Shown: one piece after another, positions 36,661 to 45,519 of the stretch
Position numbering within the stretch: the stretch's first letter is position 1
Layout of the letters: the number at the start of each line of letters is the position of its first letter
IMG/VR virus record: IMGVR_UViG_3300023202_000205
Location: 1 to 64,000 of that record
Strand: one strand, 5' to 3'
Length of the DNA stretch: 64,000 nt
Origin: a virus
Notes under the pieces: model-generated
Databases searched by the model: none
What the model saw: only the letters and a program-made list of their open reading frames with translations
Told to the model about the DNA's origin: nothing
Program-made: the position numbers and the translations under genes

Positions 36661-37569
36661 TCAGGCAACTACCACGTCTGTTACGGCTGTAGGAGCACCA
36701 GCCTGGACGTTTGCGCCGTCGTTGGCGACGAAGTAGACGTCGAAAGTACCGGCCCCACCAGGGTCGATGCCACTCACGCCAGCAGCAACACCGGAATCCA
36801 CCACTTCGGTAGCGGAGGCTACGCTACCCGTCGAGGAGCCAGCCTCCACCTCGTCGACCGTCGGAACCGGGTTACCGTCAGCCACCACCAGGATGAAGAC
36901 AGTAGCGTTGTCATCGACCGTGTAGGTCGTATCGATGAGCGAGCCGCCGCCGTCAGTTGCAGTCGGGCCAGCACTAAAGCTGGGGGCTACCGCGTCAGCG
37001 GTGACGGTTACCTCACCCGTCGACGCATCGATCCGCGACGAACGGCTGAGCTGGTCAGTTACACTGACCCGTGGCTGGAACGTCCCTGCTGTGAAGTAAC
37101 GAACGTCTGTAGTACCTCCAAAGGAGGCTGCTTGCGGACCAGAACCATCGCCGGGTTCGACAACCACATCGACAGTTGGGTTGATGGCGGCGCCGTTGTT
37201 CACCCTGGGGTAGGCACCGGGACTGATATTCTGGGCGGGAAAGCCACTCACCTGCTCAGTGTTCACTGCGGCCGTATGGGAAACAGCGATTCCGCCTTCC
37301 GGGCGACGACGACTCATGCCGGCTGCGGCGCCAGGAGTAGTGTCAGCGGGGAAACTTCCCCGACCACTCAGAGCGACGTCCCCATCCGCTGCGGGAAGAG
37401 TATAGGTGACATCTACCCCGCTATCGCCAGAAGTCGGAGCGAACGTCGTCTCGGCCCCAGCAGCGCCAGCCCCACGAGTCACCTCTGCAAGGCGGTAATT
37501 GAGGAAGGCGCCATAGCCGTACCGCATAACCGGGTTGCGGCGAAAGTGTCCAATGGGTGTACGAGGCAT
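36661..37569 (-). CDS. Thr/Ser/Ala-rich surface protein with PKD/Ig-like domains
   Basis: SD AAGGAG before ATG 37569. VVVEPGDGSG...RYFTAGTFQPRVSVTD is PKD-like. Confidence 0.65.
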   Translation of the reverse strand: MPRTPIGHFRRNPVMRYGYGAFLNYRLAEVTRGAGAAGAETTFAPTSGDSGVDVTYTLPAADGDVALSGRGSFPADTTPGAAAGMSRRRPEGGIAVSHTAAVNTEQVSGFPAQNISPGAYPRVNNGAAINPTVDVVVEPGDGSGPQAASFGGTTDVRYFTAGTFQPRVSVTDQLSRSSRIDASTGEVTVTADAVAPSFSAGPTATDGGGSLIDTTYTVDDNATVFILVVADGNPVPTVDEVEAGSSTGSVASATEVVDSGVAAGVSGIDPGGAGTFDVYFVANDGANVQAGAPTAVTDVVVA

Positions 37570-37627
37570 ACGAGTCTCCTTACCAGACAAGCCTAGTTTA
37601 GCGAGACAGCTCCCGTTTCTCAAGCCA

Positions 37628-39562
37628 TTAGACGTAGAGCGCCAGCCGCTCAAGAGGTTTACGGCTCTCACACCAATCTACCCAAATAGCCTCAAACCCC
37701 CTCACAAGCCCTTCTGCGATAGCTTCAGGGTTGCGAACCAGCGCCATATCCATCTGTTCACGAAGTGTATTGCGAATCTCCCTAAGACGCTTACGGTTTG
37801 TAGCCAATGCTTTCGTTCGCTCCACAAACTGCTCTGGGTCTTCCGCACCCAACTCCTCATGCCAGCCTAGCTGGCTGATCAGTGTCCACGTCTGCCTGTG
37901 TAAAAAGGTACCTCCCACCAAGGTCATGACAGGTACCCCCATCCACATCGCCTCTGCCGAAGTCAGACAACCTGCACAGGGAAACGTGTCCAGAACTATA
38001 TCGATGTTGTTGGTGTAAAACCGCATCACGTCTTCATTACTTGGAAGCTGGTAGATAAAGTCTACGCGATCCTTGGCAATACCGAGGCTCATCATATCCC
38101 TCAGAATAGTGCGCTCGTGGTCGATGCCGTAAACTTTAATCGAGATCTTAGACCTCGGTACTGCCTTCATCGTGGCTGCCCACAGCTCCAATACTGGCCG
38201 GCTTATCTTACAAGGGTTGTTCAAAGAGCCGAAGGTAATGTGGCCCTTCTTGTCAGCAGGGAGCGGTTTAATGTCAGGTGGGGTAGTCATCGGGAAGTAA
38301 GAGTACGCTGCCGGTAATTCGATCAGCTTTTCCATACAAACATCATCGGCTACCGGAGGCTTCATCCACTGATCGGTAAAGAAGTAATTGATCGTCTCAA
38401 TAGCAGGAGGAGTCATCATCCCCGAGATCCACCCAGCTTGAACCGGGGCGGGCTTATAACCGAACACAGGAAGCCTGTTGTAGGCGGTATGCCCGGCCAA
38501 ATCGACTAGGATATCTATCTGTTCTTCATTGATCAGCTCGGCCACTTCCTGATCTGAGAGACCGTGTACATTGTGCCAGAAGTCTACCGACTCCTTGTAT
38601 TTCTCAGACCAGGAGTCCTCCCGCTCCTTCTCTCGAGAGCTATAACAGGTAAAAATATGCTGAGGGCCTAAAGCCTTGAGACGGCGAATAGGCTCTAGCA
38701 TCAGATTGGACAGGCTGTGCGCTACAAAATCACCAGATACGAATCCAATCCTCAGTCCTGACTGAGCTTTGTTCGCATCAAGCCGTTTAAGTGGGTGTTG
38801 GAAACGTCTCTTGGCTCTCAAGAACCTGGCTGAATATTCCCGACACTGGTCATAGAACTCTTTGAGCGTCACCCCGTGCATATACTGCATGTGCATGATC
38901 AGGTTAGACCCCGTAGACGAGGAGGGTGTCTTCTCGTACGCAGTCCTGAAATGGGTATAGCCCGCTGCCTGCATGCCGAGATCTTTATAAATCCCAGCCA
39001 GAGCACTGTGAATAGCGGCCACCTGCTTCTCATCCTCGATCAGCTCCATAGACTTGAGGTAGTAAGTCAGCGCCTCCTTGTAAGCCTTCAACTCAGAGCA
39101 GACGCGTGCTAGCGTGTAGCTGGTGTTGAAGTCATCACTATTGATCTCAAAAAGAATACGGAACGCTTTGCGCGCTACGAGCCAGCTCTCCTTGTCGTTG
39201 GCCCAGTCCGCGATGCGACGGTAAGATGACTCGTAGCCTGGGCTGACTGGATGCGCTAAGAGTTTTGTGAGAGCCTCCCACTCCTTCTCTTCCTCACCAG
39301 CATGTTGAAAAGCGCTGGCTGCGTTCACATAAAACTCAGGTCTATCACTTCCCGGGCACTGTGCCTGTGACATAAAGAATTCACCTGCTTTGAGGGGCTC
39401 ACCACCCTTTAGATAGGTGAGCCCCTTACAAAGCGTTGCGTTCCCGTCTTCTGGCTTGTCCTCAAGCAGCTCATTGCAGAGCTTCTCCGCCTCCGCCGGG
39501 TAGGCGTCCAGCAGACCATGGATCTGCTTCAGCTTATGCTGGTAGTCCGCTTCGTTTATCAC
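37628..39562 (-). CDS. TPR + GT41 (OGT/SPINDLY-like) protein O-glycosyltransferase
   Basis: TPRs followed by RIGFVSGDFVAHS, DILVDLAGHT, KPAPVQ, TFGSLNNPCKI and DIVLDTFP...TSAEAMWMGVPVMTL. Confidence 0.92.
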   Translation of the reverse strand: MINEADYQHKLKQIHGLLDAYPAEAEKLCNELLEDKPEDGNATLCKGLTYLKGGEPLKAGEFFMSQAQCPGSDRPEFYVNAASAFQHAGEEEKEWEALTKLLAHPVSPGYESSYRRIADWANDKESWLVARKAFRILFEINSDDFNTSYTLARVCSELKAYKEALTYYLKSMELIEDEKQVAAIHSALAGIYKDLGMQAAGYTHFRTAYEKTPSSSTGSNLIMHMQYMHGVTLKEFYDQCREYSARFLRAKRRFQHPLKRLDANKAQSGLRIGFVSGDFVAHSLSNLMLEPIRRLKALGPQHIFTCYSSREKEREDSWSEKYKESVDFWHNVHGLSDQEVAELINEEQIDILVDLAGHTAYNRLPVFGYKPAPVQAGWISGMMTPPAIETINYFFTDQWMKPPVADDVCMEKLIELPAAYSYFPMTTPPDIKPLPADKKGHITFGSLNNPCKISRPVLELWAATMKAVPRSKISIKVYGIDHERTILRDMMSLGIAKDRVDFIYQLPSNEDVMRFYTNNIDIVLDTFPCAGCLTSAEAMWMGVPVMTLVGGTFLHRQTWTLISQLGWHEELGAEDPEQFVERTKALATNRKRLREIRNTLREQMDMALVRNPEAIAEGLVRGFEAIWVDWCESRKPLERLALYV

Positions 39563-41318
39563 ACCAGGCCCTCCAGGCTGTTCGGATCATGTCACCTAAG
39601 TATTGCCCGCAGGACTCCACATCGCATGCGGGTGATTTAAGGAAGTCCTCTCGAAGAGTACTCCGTAGATGTACTCGCCGCGCCTCATTACGTGCCAGTG
39701 AGACGGCTATCTCGCAGTAGTTTGTCTCATCCCGAGCAATGCCGTCCACCATGCCTAACGCGTTAAGGAAGCTCGCTGAATGGCGGCTAGCCTCAGTCTG
39801 TTTAGGCCAAGTCACTATAGGCAGCCCCATCCAAAGCGCCTCACAGGCTGTGGTACACCCACTGAAAGGCCAGGGATCGAGTACGACATCAATCTTGTTG
39901 TACGTGCTCAAAGACTCTGGAGGTGGGGTAAACCCCTCAAACATCAGCCGATCAGGGTCTATACCGAAGTCTCCCATTCGAGTAGTAATTCGATTACGCG
40001 TAAACTCCGACGCAAATGCAGCACTCTTCATCAATAGCCTGGATTCAGGTACATCTCTCAGAATAGCGGCCCATACCAACAGTACCCCGTCATTGAGTTT
40101 CGCACTATTTGAGAAGGTACCAAAGGTTACGTACCCATTCTCCTTGCTAGGGGCAGGCCCTACGGGTACATCGCCGAAGCCTGGCTGGAAACACTGGTGA
40201 GCGAAAGGCTCGGGAAATCGCAAGACCTGTTCGGAATACCACTGCTCGGTACCTTCTGGGATACTCATTGAACTACCGATTTTATAGTCGATTGCCTCAA
40301 GACCCGTGGTGCCCACGTACCCCAGCCACGTCATCTGAATAGGGGCTGGTTTCTGGGCAAACACCAGTAGGCGGTTACCCGACGTATGTCCGCTCAGATC
40401 AAAGAGCACATCGATTTTGTCCATGCGAACACAATCAAAGAGATCCTCCCCATGCAGCGAGCGAGCATCACGAAATTCTTCGGACACAGCCTCAAAGCGT
40501 TCGGTAACCTCGTCTTGCGCCCAATTGAGAGAATAGCAGTAGATAGCTAAGTCCTCCGGGAAGTGCTCAAGTACCCCCACGAGGAAATGCCCTACTGTGT
40601 GGTGCCGAAAGTCCTCAGAGACAAACCCCACTCGTAGCATCTTATCTGGGGCAGGGTCGTTGTCGTGAGCTGGCCAGCTACTCTTACGAGGCGCCCCGAA
40701 TCGTCGATCCCAGTCAATATGGAGGTCGTAGAGCCGAGACAGCGTGATACCGGGTACGAACTGATGGATGTAGCAGAGATTAGAGACGACCCCCTCGAGA
40801 TTTGGCTGAAGCTTGAGGGTCCGCTGATACATCTCGATGGCTGGCCCGATCAGGCCAGCCTCTTTGAGTGAGTTAGCAAAGCTATTACAGCCTGCTACGT
40901 TGGTTGGGTCGATCGTCAAGGCTCTTCGAAAAGCGGCGATAGCGTGTTCAAAGTAACCTGCCCTACTCAGGTAAAGGCCCGCGTTGATTAGCGCCTCTAC
41001 GTGGTCGGGGTTACATTTGATAGCTTCCTGGTGTGCTCGAAGCGCCTCCGTTAGCTGTCCAGCAGCCCCATAGAACATCCCCAGAGAGTACCACCCTCGG
41101 TCATCTTCCGGGTACAAACTGGTATAGCGTTCCGCTAGTTTGGTTGCCTCGGTGTTACGCCCCCATTTATGCTGGCTCAGTGCTAGTAGGTAAAGTGCCT
41201 TCTGGTGGTTGTGGTCTTTCCTCAGAACTTCCTGGAGCGTCTCGACACACTGTGCGAACTGACCCGCCTGGTACTGCTTGGCTGCAGCAGCGAGTTGGTT
41301 TTCCACGATTGTCGGCAT
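39534..41318 (-). CDS. TPR + GT41 (OGT/SPINDLY-like) protein O-glycosyltransferase
   Basis: Clear TPRs followed by RVGFVSEDFRHHTV, DVLFDLSGHTSGNRL, KPAPIQMTWLGY.GTTG, TFGTFSNSAKL, LLMKS and DVVLDPWPFSGCTTACEALWMGLP. Confidence 0.93.
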   Translation of the reverse strand: MPTIVENQLAAAAKQYQAGQFAQCVETLQEVLRKDHNHQKALYLLALSQHKWGRNTEATKLAERYTSLYPEDDRGWYSLGMFYGAAGQLTEALRAHQEAIKCNPDHVEALINAGLYLSRAGYFEHAIAAFRRALTIDPTNVAGCNSFANSLKEAGLIGPAIEMYQRTLKLQPNLEGVVSNLCYIHQFVPGITLSRLYDLHIDWDRRFGAPRKSSWPAHDNDPAPDKMLRVGFVSEDFRHHTVGHFLVGVLEHFPEDLAIYCYSLNWAQDEVTERFEAVSEEFRDARSLHGEDLFDCVRMDKIDVLFDLSGHTSGNRLLVFAQKPAPIQMTWLGYVGTTGLEAIDYKIGSSMSIPEGTEQWYSEQVLRFPEPFAHQCFQPGFGDVPVGPAPSKENGYVTFGTFSNSAKLNDGVLLVWAAILRDVPESRLLMKSAAFASEFTRNRITTRMGDFGIDPDRLMFEGFTPPPESLSTYNKIDVVLDPWPFSGCTTACEALWMGLPIVTWPKQTEASRHSASFLNALGMVDGIARDETNYCEIAVSLARNEARRVHLRSTLREDFLKSPACDVESCGQYLGDMIRTAWRAWCDKRSGLPA

Positions 41319-41374
41319 TCCCGGGTCTCCGCGAAAAACGTATACCCGAGCTTGCTCATTGTCAATAGTGGTGC

Positions 41375-42103
41375 CTAATCACGTAAGCCAGCTTGTGTAG
41401 CCGCCTGCGCCACTTCTGGCCAGATACGCTCGCACAACTCCCACATGATTGGATGCTCGTTAATCAGGCTTCGATAGAAGTCGTCTTCCAAACACCTGTG
41501 AAAGCGTTCATGAGCAACCGCTCTCAAGTCTTTACCTGGCTTATCCAGACCATCCCAGGTAGACCCGCCGCCATCCCTAGGAACTCCTTCCAGGCCGTCC
41601 TTACTGTACTCTAGCCCCAGCTTCTCCGCGATAGCCCGCCTATACTCCTCCGAGGCGCACCAGCTATTGTAATCGACACAGATCTTACGAGGGAGAAAGC
41701 TGGTAAGGTCAAGATACTCCATGGCATGGCTGATCCAGCAAAGCTGGAACGCTGTTCGATCCCGCTGAAGCTTTGGCCTCTGGTCCTTTGTCATGGAAGC
41801 TTTACTGGCGAACAAGTTGATTGGGTCGCGCAAGAGTAGGATATGTTTGGCTGCAGGGTTTGGGCACTTATGCCTGGACTCATGGGCCGGGATATCCTGC
41901 CTGCCATAAATCAACGGCGCCTCGATATGATCGGGGGCGTCCCTGGAATGGGTGAATACCCCTTCTGGAGAGATGTAGCCATTCGCCGAAGCTGAGTTCT
42001 CATTCGCGTAGAACGCTCCCTCGGGAAGCATAGCACCTATCCACTGCGCCATGACGTGAGAGCCACTGCGGCGAACGGTATGTATTGCGTAAGTCTCTGA
42101 CAT
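41375..42103 (-). CDS. Sulfotransferase-fold protein
   Basis: 5'-PSB-like RRSGSHVM, 3'-PB-like LLRDPINLFAS, and VDYNSW. Confidence 0.7.
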   Translation of the reverse strand: MSETYAIHTVRRSGSHVMAQWIGAMLPEGAFYANENSASANGYISPEGVFTHSRDAPDHIEAPLIYGRQDIPAHESRHKCPNPAAKHILLLRDPINLFASKASMTKDQRPKLQRDRTAFQLCWISHAMEYLDLTSFLPRKICVDYNSWCASEEYRRAIAEKLGLEYSKDGLEGVPRDGGGSTWDGLDKPGKDLRAVAHERFHRCLEDDFYRSLINEHPIMWELCERIWPEVAQAATQAGLRD

Positions 42104-42149
42104 AGCTTATTCCTATCGTGGTTCGTAAATCTCTGGGTGGCTTACGCCG

Positions 42150-42929
42150 CTAACGCTGGTGGCACAGATATTCTCTTGCTCGGCTAAACAGTTCAGCATC
42201 GTCCGAGAAATAGGAAAGTCCCATATTGCAAGTATGGCACAAAAGCCCTCGCACACGCTGTGAGTGGTGATCGTGGTCAACACAGAGTTGTTGCTTGCCG
42301 TGGTTCCGCGCATGCTGAGCCGCTGCTCCACAGATAGCACAAACCCTGCCCTGTTTTTCCATGAGAGCCTCAAAGTCATCTATCGTAATCCCATAAATAC
42401 GTCTCAGTTTCGTATCAGCACGCTCACGCTCCGGCTTTGGTTGAGGCCCCAATCCCCGCAAGGTAACCCCGTTACTAAGCAACCTGGTACGCACGGTACT
42501 TGAGGACACGCGAAAATGAGCGGCAAGAGCCTCCAGGGTCTCCCCAGCCTCGTAGCGTGACGTCAATTCCGGGAGGTCTATAGAATACACTGCTTTAGAA
42601 CGAGCGTTGCGATTCCACTTCGTTCGAAGCTCTACTCCATTACTACGGAGAACACCTTTGATGGTTGCTACGTCATGGCCGTAGTCTCGTTTAAGAGACA
42701 CCAAGGATTCCCCTGCTTGATAACGGGATACCATATCCTCGAGTTGATCTTTGGAGAAATGAACCCGACGGGGCAGAGGTGTCGTTGGCAAACCTCTCTT
42801 ACGAAGAAACCGACGTAAAGTCGTGTGAGTGACGTCTAGTTCCTGGGCGATTTTCTTGAAGGGCCATCCCTGTTCTCTCAAATCTCGTATAATCTCTAAG
42901 TGATCGTCATTCAACTTTTCTTTGGCCAT
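42150..42929 (-). CDS. HTH-repeat + endonuclease VII (His-Me finger) homing-type endonuclease
   Basis: Three N-terminal HTH-like units. C-terminal QGRVCAIC...LCVDHDH...VRGLLCHTCNMGL. Confidence 0.88.
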   Translation of the reverse strand: MAKEKLNDDHLEIIRDLREQGWPFKKIAQELDVTHTTLRRFLRKRGLPTTPLPRRVHFSKDQLEDMVSRYQAGESLVSLKRDYGHDVATIKGVLRSNGVELRTKWNRNARSKAVYSIDLPELTSRYEAGETLEALAAHFRVSSSTVRTRLLSNGVTLRGLGPQPKPERERADTKLRRIYGITIDDFEALMEKQGRVCAICGAAAQHARNHGKQQLCVDHDHHSQRVRGLLCHTCNMGLSYFSDDAELFSRAREYLCHQR

Positions 42930-42963
42930 GTACGTGGTTTTACAGCTACCTGGAGTAAGGCAA

Positions 42964-42993
42964 CAAAAACCCCTGGCTTACAGCCAGGGGTTT
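42964..42993 (-). terminator. Rho-independent terminator
   Basis: aaacccctggct-ta/c-agccaggggttt hairpin followed by a U-run on the minus strand. Confidence 0.75.
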
Positions 42994-43047
42994 CGCCGAG
43001 AGACAACCCTTACCATTCAGGGTCGGCTACGTTCAGCATAGAAGATG

Positions 43048-44064
43048 CTACGTTAAAAGCCAGGTGATCTTGCCCAGATCGTAACAGCGTTTGTACCCCA
43101 GGATTCTCGCCAACTCAAATTCCGTATGCTCATCGTTAAAAGCGATTCCTGCCTCTTCCGCCTCCCTATGTAGGTACTTCTTTTGCTTGGAATTCTTGGC
43201 GTACCAACGGCCATCCCGCCAGTAACGGTAATCAGGCCTGTTGAGACCCTGCTGGGTGAAGCCCAGGATTTCATAGAGGTTGCCGGAGGGCGCGTAACGC
43301 TCGTCAGAGTAACTCACTACGGGGCCTGGGTTCACTGAACGGAAGGCTGCCAGGAGTTTGGAAGCGCCACCAGGTATGACGTATTTCGTAGCGTATCGCT
43401 GGAGAAGACGATCACCGCTATCACCCCGACAAGCGCTGCCTTTGTTGAAGCTCATACAGGCAACTAGTTCCCGCTCATACACCAGCGCGAGATGGTCGGT
43501 GCCCGTGCAAGTCCCCTGCAGATGATACCTCTTGTAGAAGTCGTTAGCTTGCTCTCTGTCGATGACTTCAATAGAGCACTTACGTGCGTGTATCTTGTCT
43601 TCTCGAGCAGAGATGCGGTGATCGACCATGTTCTTAAGAGCCGGGCTATCCAGTTCGTCCTTCCACAGCAGAAGATGGTCATAGCCCAGCAAGTTGATGT
43701 GCCTACGGAACTGGACCAGCCAATTCACAGCTTGGGCGTGTGATTGGTTATAACGAGACATGATAGCCTCAACATGCCACTTCTCCGGATCTACCGCGAT
43801 GACTACCAAGCGGTCTTTTACGCCGAGTACCTCCGGCATATAAGGAAGCGGGATATCCCGAGGTGTCTTTGTAAGGCCAAGCCTTCTTGGAATGTTCTTC
43901 GGTCTCGCAGTCCGTACACGGTTACGCTTGAGCAGTTTGTAGATACCCATATTCGTCATACCGGCTTCTTCGGCCAAGACGCGTACGGGGGTTCCGTTTT
44001 CGTAGCGCGCGCAAACGCGCATTTCTTCTTTCGAGGCAAGCTTACGGGGTCTTGTTTGAAGCAT
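43048..44064 (-). CDS. Hef-like protein: HTH, degenerate Vsr-type nuclease, Mom-like GNAT domain
   Basis: ATG 44064 with AGGAAAG. Contains ANDFYKRYHLQG, LVACMSF, GGASKLLAAF, VVSYSDERY..SGNLYEILGF and PDYRYW. Confidence 0.7.
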   Translation of the reverse strand: MLQTRPRKLASKEEMRVCARYENGTPVRVLAEEAGMTNMGIYKLLKRNRVRTARPKNIPRRLGLTKTPRDIPLPYMPEVLGVKDRLVVIAVDPEKWHVEAIMSRYNQSHAQAVNWLVQFRRHINLLGYDHLLLWKDELDSPALKNMVDHRISAREDKIHARKCSIEVIDREQANDFYKRYHLQGTCTGTDHLALVYERELVACMSFNKGSACRGDSGDRLLQRYATKYVIPGGASKLLAAFRSVNPGPVVSYSDERYAPSGNLYEILGFTQQGLNRPDYRYWRDGRWYAKNSKQKKYLHREAEEAGIAFNDEHTEFELARILGYKRCYDLGKITWLLT

Positions 44065-44077
44065 GGGCTCTGCTTTC

Positions 44078-44458
44078 CTAAATGTGGCAACTCGTAGACG
44101 TTGCCAGTGATTGGGTTCCTGTTTCACCCAGGCCGGTATCGTCTTGGCATAAGCCAGGACCAGAGCCCGCCTGTCCACAGGCGTCGATTCCCCTGAAGCC
44201 CAAGGTACGAAGGTTTTGAGCGGCGTTGACATCGCGATCTTCGGTATGTCCGCAGTCACACTTGAAGGCTCGATCTGACCTGGAAAGTTTACCTCTTGGT
44301 ATTCTGTAGGTTTCTAAGAGTTTACTCTTCTTCAAATGATAAACTATAGCGCCCTCTGTTACCTGGTGTTTTTCAGCCAACTCCGCCCTGCTAACTCCCT
44401 CCTTATACAGCTTGCAGCTGTCTGCTATCTGATTTTTAGAAAGTTTATGTGACGTCAT
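44078..44458 (-). pseudogene. tnpB: Internally deleted TnpB (IS200/IS605-like) remnant: HTH fused to the Zn-ribbon C-terminus
   Basis: SDRAFKCDCGHTEDRDVNAAQNL...GIDACG is the TnpB C-terminal signature. The main RuvC/REC body is absent. Confidence 0.75.
44085..44200 (-). mobile_element. IS200/IS605-like right end / omegaRNA scaffold candidate
   Basis: GGAATCGACGCCTGTGGACAGGCG stem (44168-44183), GAAACAGGAACC (44114-44125) and terminal hairpin tggcaac/gttgcca (44085-44106). Confidence 0.45.
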
Positions 44459-44490
44459 ACCACAACTATACAAAACAAAGCAGATGCACA

Positions 44491-44529
44491 ATTAAAAGAT
44501 CCCCCAACCCTTTCAGGATGGGGGATCTT
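44491..44529 (-). terminator. Rho-independent terminator of the major capsid gene
   Basis: gatccccca...tgggggatc stem followed by TTTTAATT on the minus strand. Confidence 0.85.
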
Positions 44530-44553
44530 CGTAAACCGCTTATCTAGCTAGGT

Positions 44554-45492
44554 TTAGCTGGTACTGATACGAGCCTTCGCGATCGAAGCGGGGTTGCCGA
44601 TGGTGGCACCACGCTCAGTGTAAGCGAAGAACTCCAGGTTGTACGCTCTCTTATCCATGAAGAGGGTCACATCTTCCAGGATGAACGACTTGCCGATGAA
44701 CTCGGGCGAGGAGAACAACCAGAAGGTGTCATTCTCGACAAGCTCGGTCTTGCTGGTCACGACCCAATTCATTCCCAACAGCCGTTTCTGCTGGAAACCC
44801 TCGACGAACATGCTCTCGGAGAGGTCGCCACCAACCTCGTCGCGGCCGAACTTGGCCACGTCGTGGATGGTGATGTTGTTGACCAGGATGGTCACGCTCT
44901 CCAGATGAGCAAAGGTCTCGGGCAGGATCTTACGCATCTCGAAGAGCGAGTTGCGAGTGATACCGAGCGAGTCGATGATGTTCCGGTTCTGGATGACACC
45001 AGTCTCGGCCACGGTCGAACCTTCCGCACCAACGATCGTCTGCGCTGCAGCGATCATCTTGCGGTCGAACTCGAAGTCCATGTCGAGAATAGCGTTATCC
45101 GAGATCACCTGGCGGATGTCCATCCCGTAGGTTCGGAGCTCAGACACATCCTTGGTGAACTTCGGAGTGACGATCCGGTCGAAGAAGACCGGATAGCGAT
45201 CACCACGGAAGTAGTACTGGATGGGCTGAGTACCGAGCGGAATAGTGATAGCCGCCGGGCTAGCCGCTTCACGCTCGACGAGCTTGACGTTCTTGTCGGT
45301 GCCGAGCTGAGGTGTCAGCTCGTCATCGGCGAGCTTCACGCCAGGCAGCACCTTCTCGAACACCGAAGACTCGCGAATGCGAATTCGGGTGAAGTCGGTC
45401 ACCATGTCCTGGGCTTCCTTGACCTGCCCGGCATCGAGCAAGCCAAAGAAGGCCTTATTGGACTGGGCCGCACTGAGCTTCTGTTGAGTCAT
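44554..45492 (-). CDS. Major capsid protein (HK97-like fold)
   Basis: SD GAGG before ATG 45492. Follows the protease and scaffold genes, has a strong terminator and biased codons. FDRIVTPKFTKDVSELR...DMDFEFDRKMI pattern. Confidence 0.8.
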   Translation of the reverse strand: MTQQKLSAAQSNKAFFGLLDAGQVKEAQDMVTDFTRIRIRESSVFEKVLPGVKLADDELTPQLGTDKNVKLVEREAASPAAITIPLGTQPIQYYFRGDRYPVFFDRIVTPKFTKDVSELRTYGMDIRQVISDNAILDMDFEFDRKMIAAAQTIVGAEGSTVAETGVIQNRNIIDSLGITRNSLFEMRKILPETFAHLESVTILVNNITIHDVAKFGRDEVGGDLSESMFVEGFQQKRLLGMNWVVTSKTELVENDTFWLFSSPEFIGKSFILEDVTLFMDKRAYNLEFFAYTERGATIGNPASIAKARISTS

Positions 45493-45519
45493 TTTATTGG
45501 TTCCTCTCAAATCTCAGAA

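Noticed and set aside
43048-44259. ORF-track start at 44259 for the Hef-like gene
   Set aside because: The first 65 codons overlap the TnpB remnant and its RNA end. ATG 44064 has an SD and begins the HTH.
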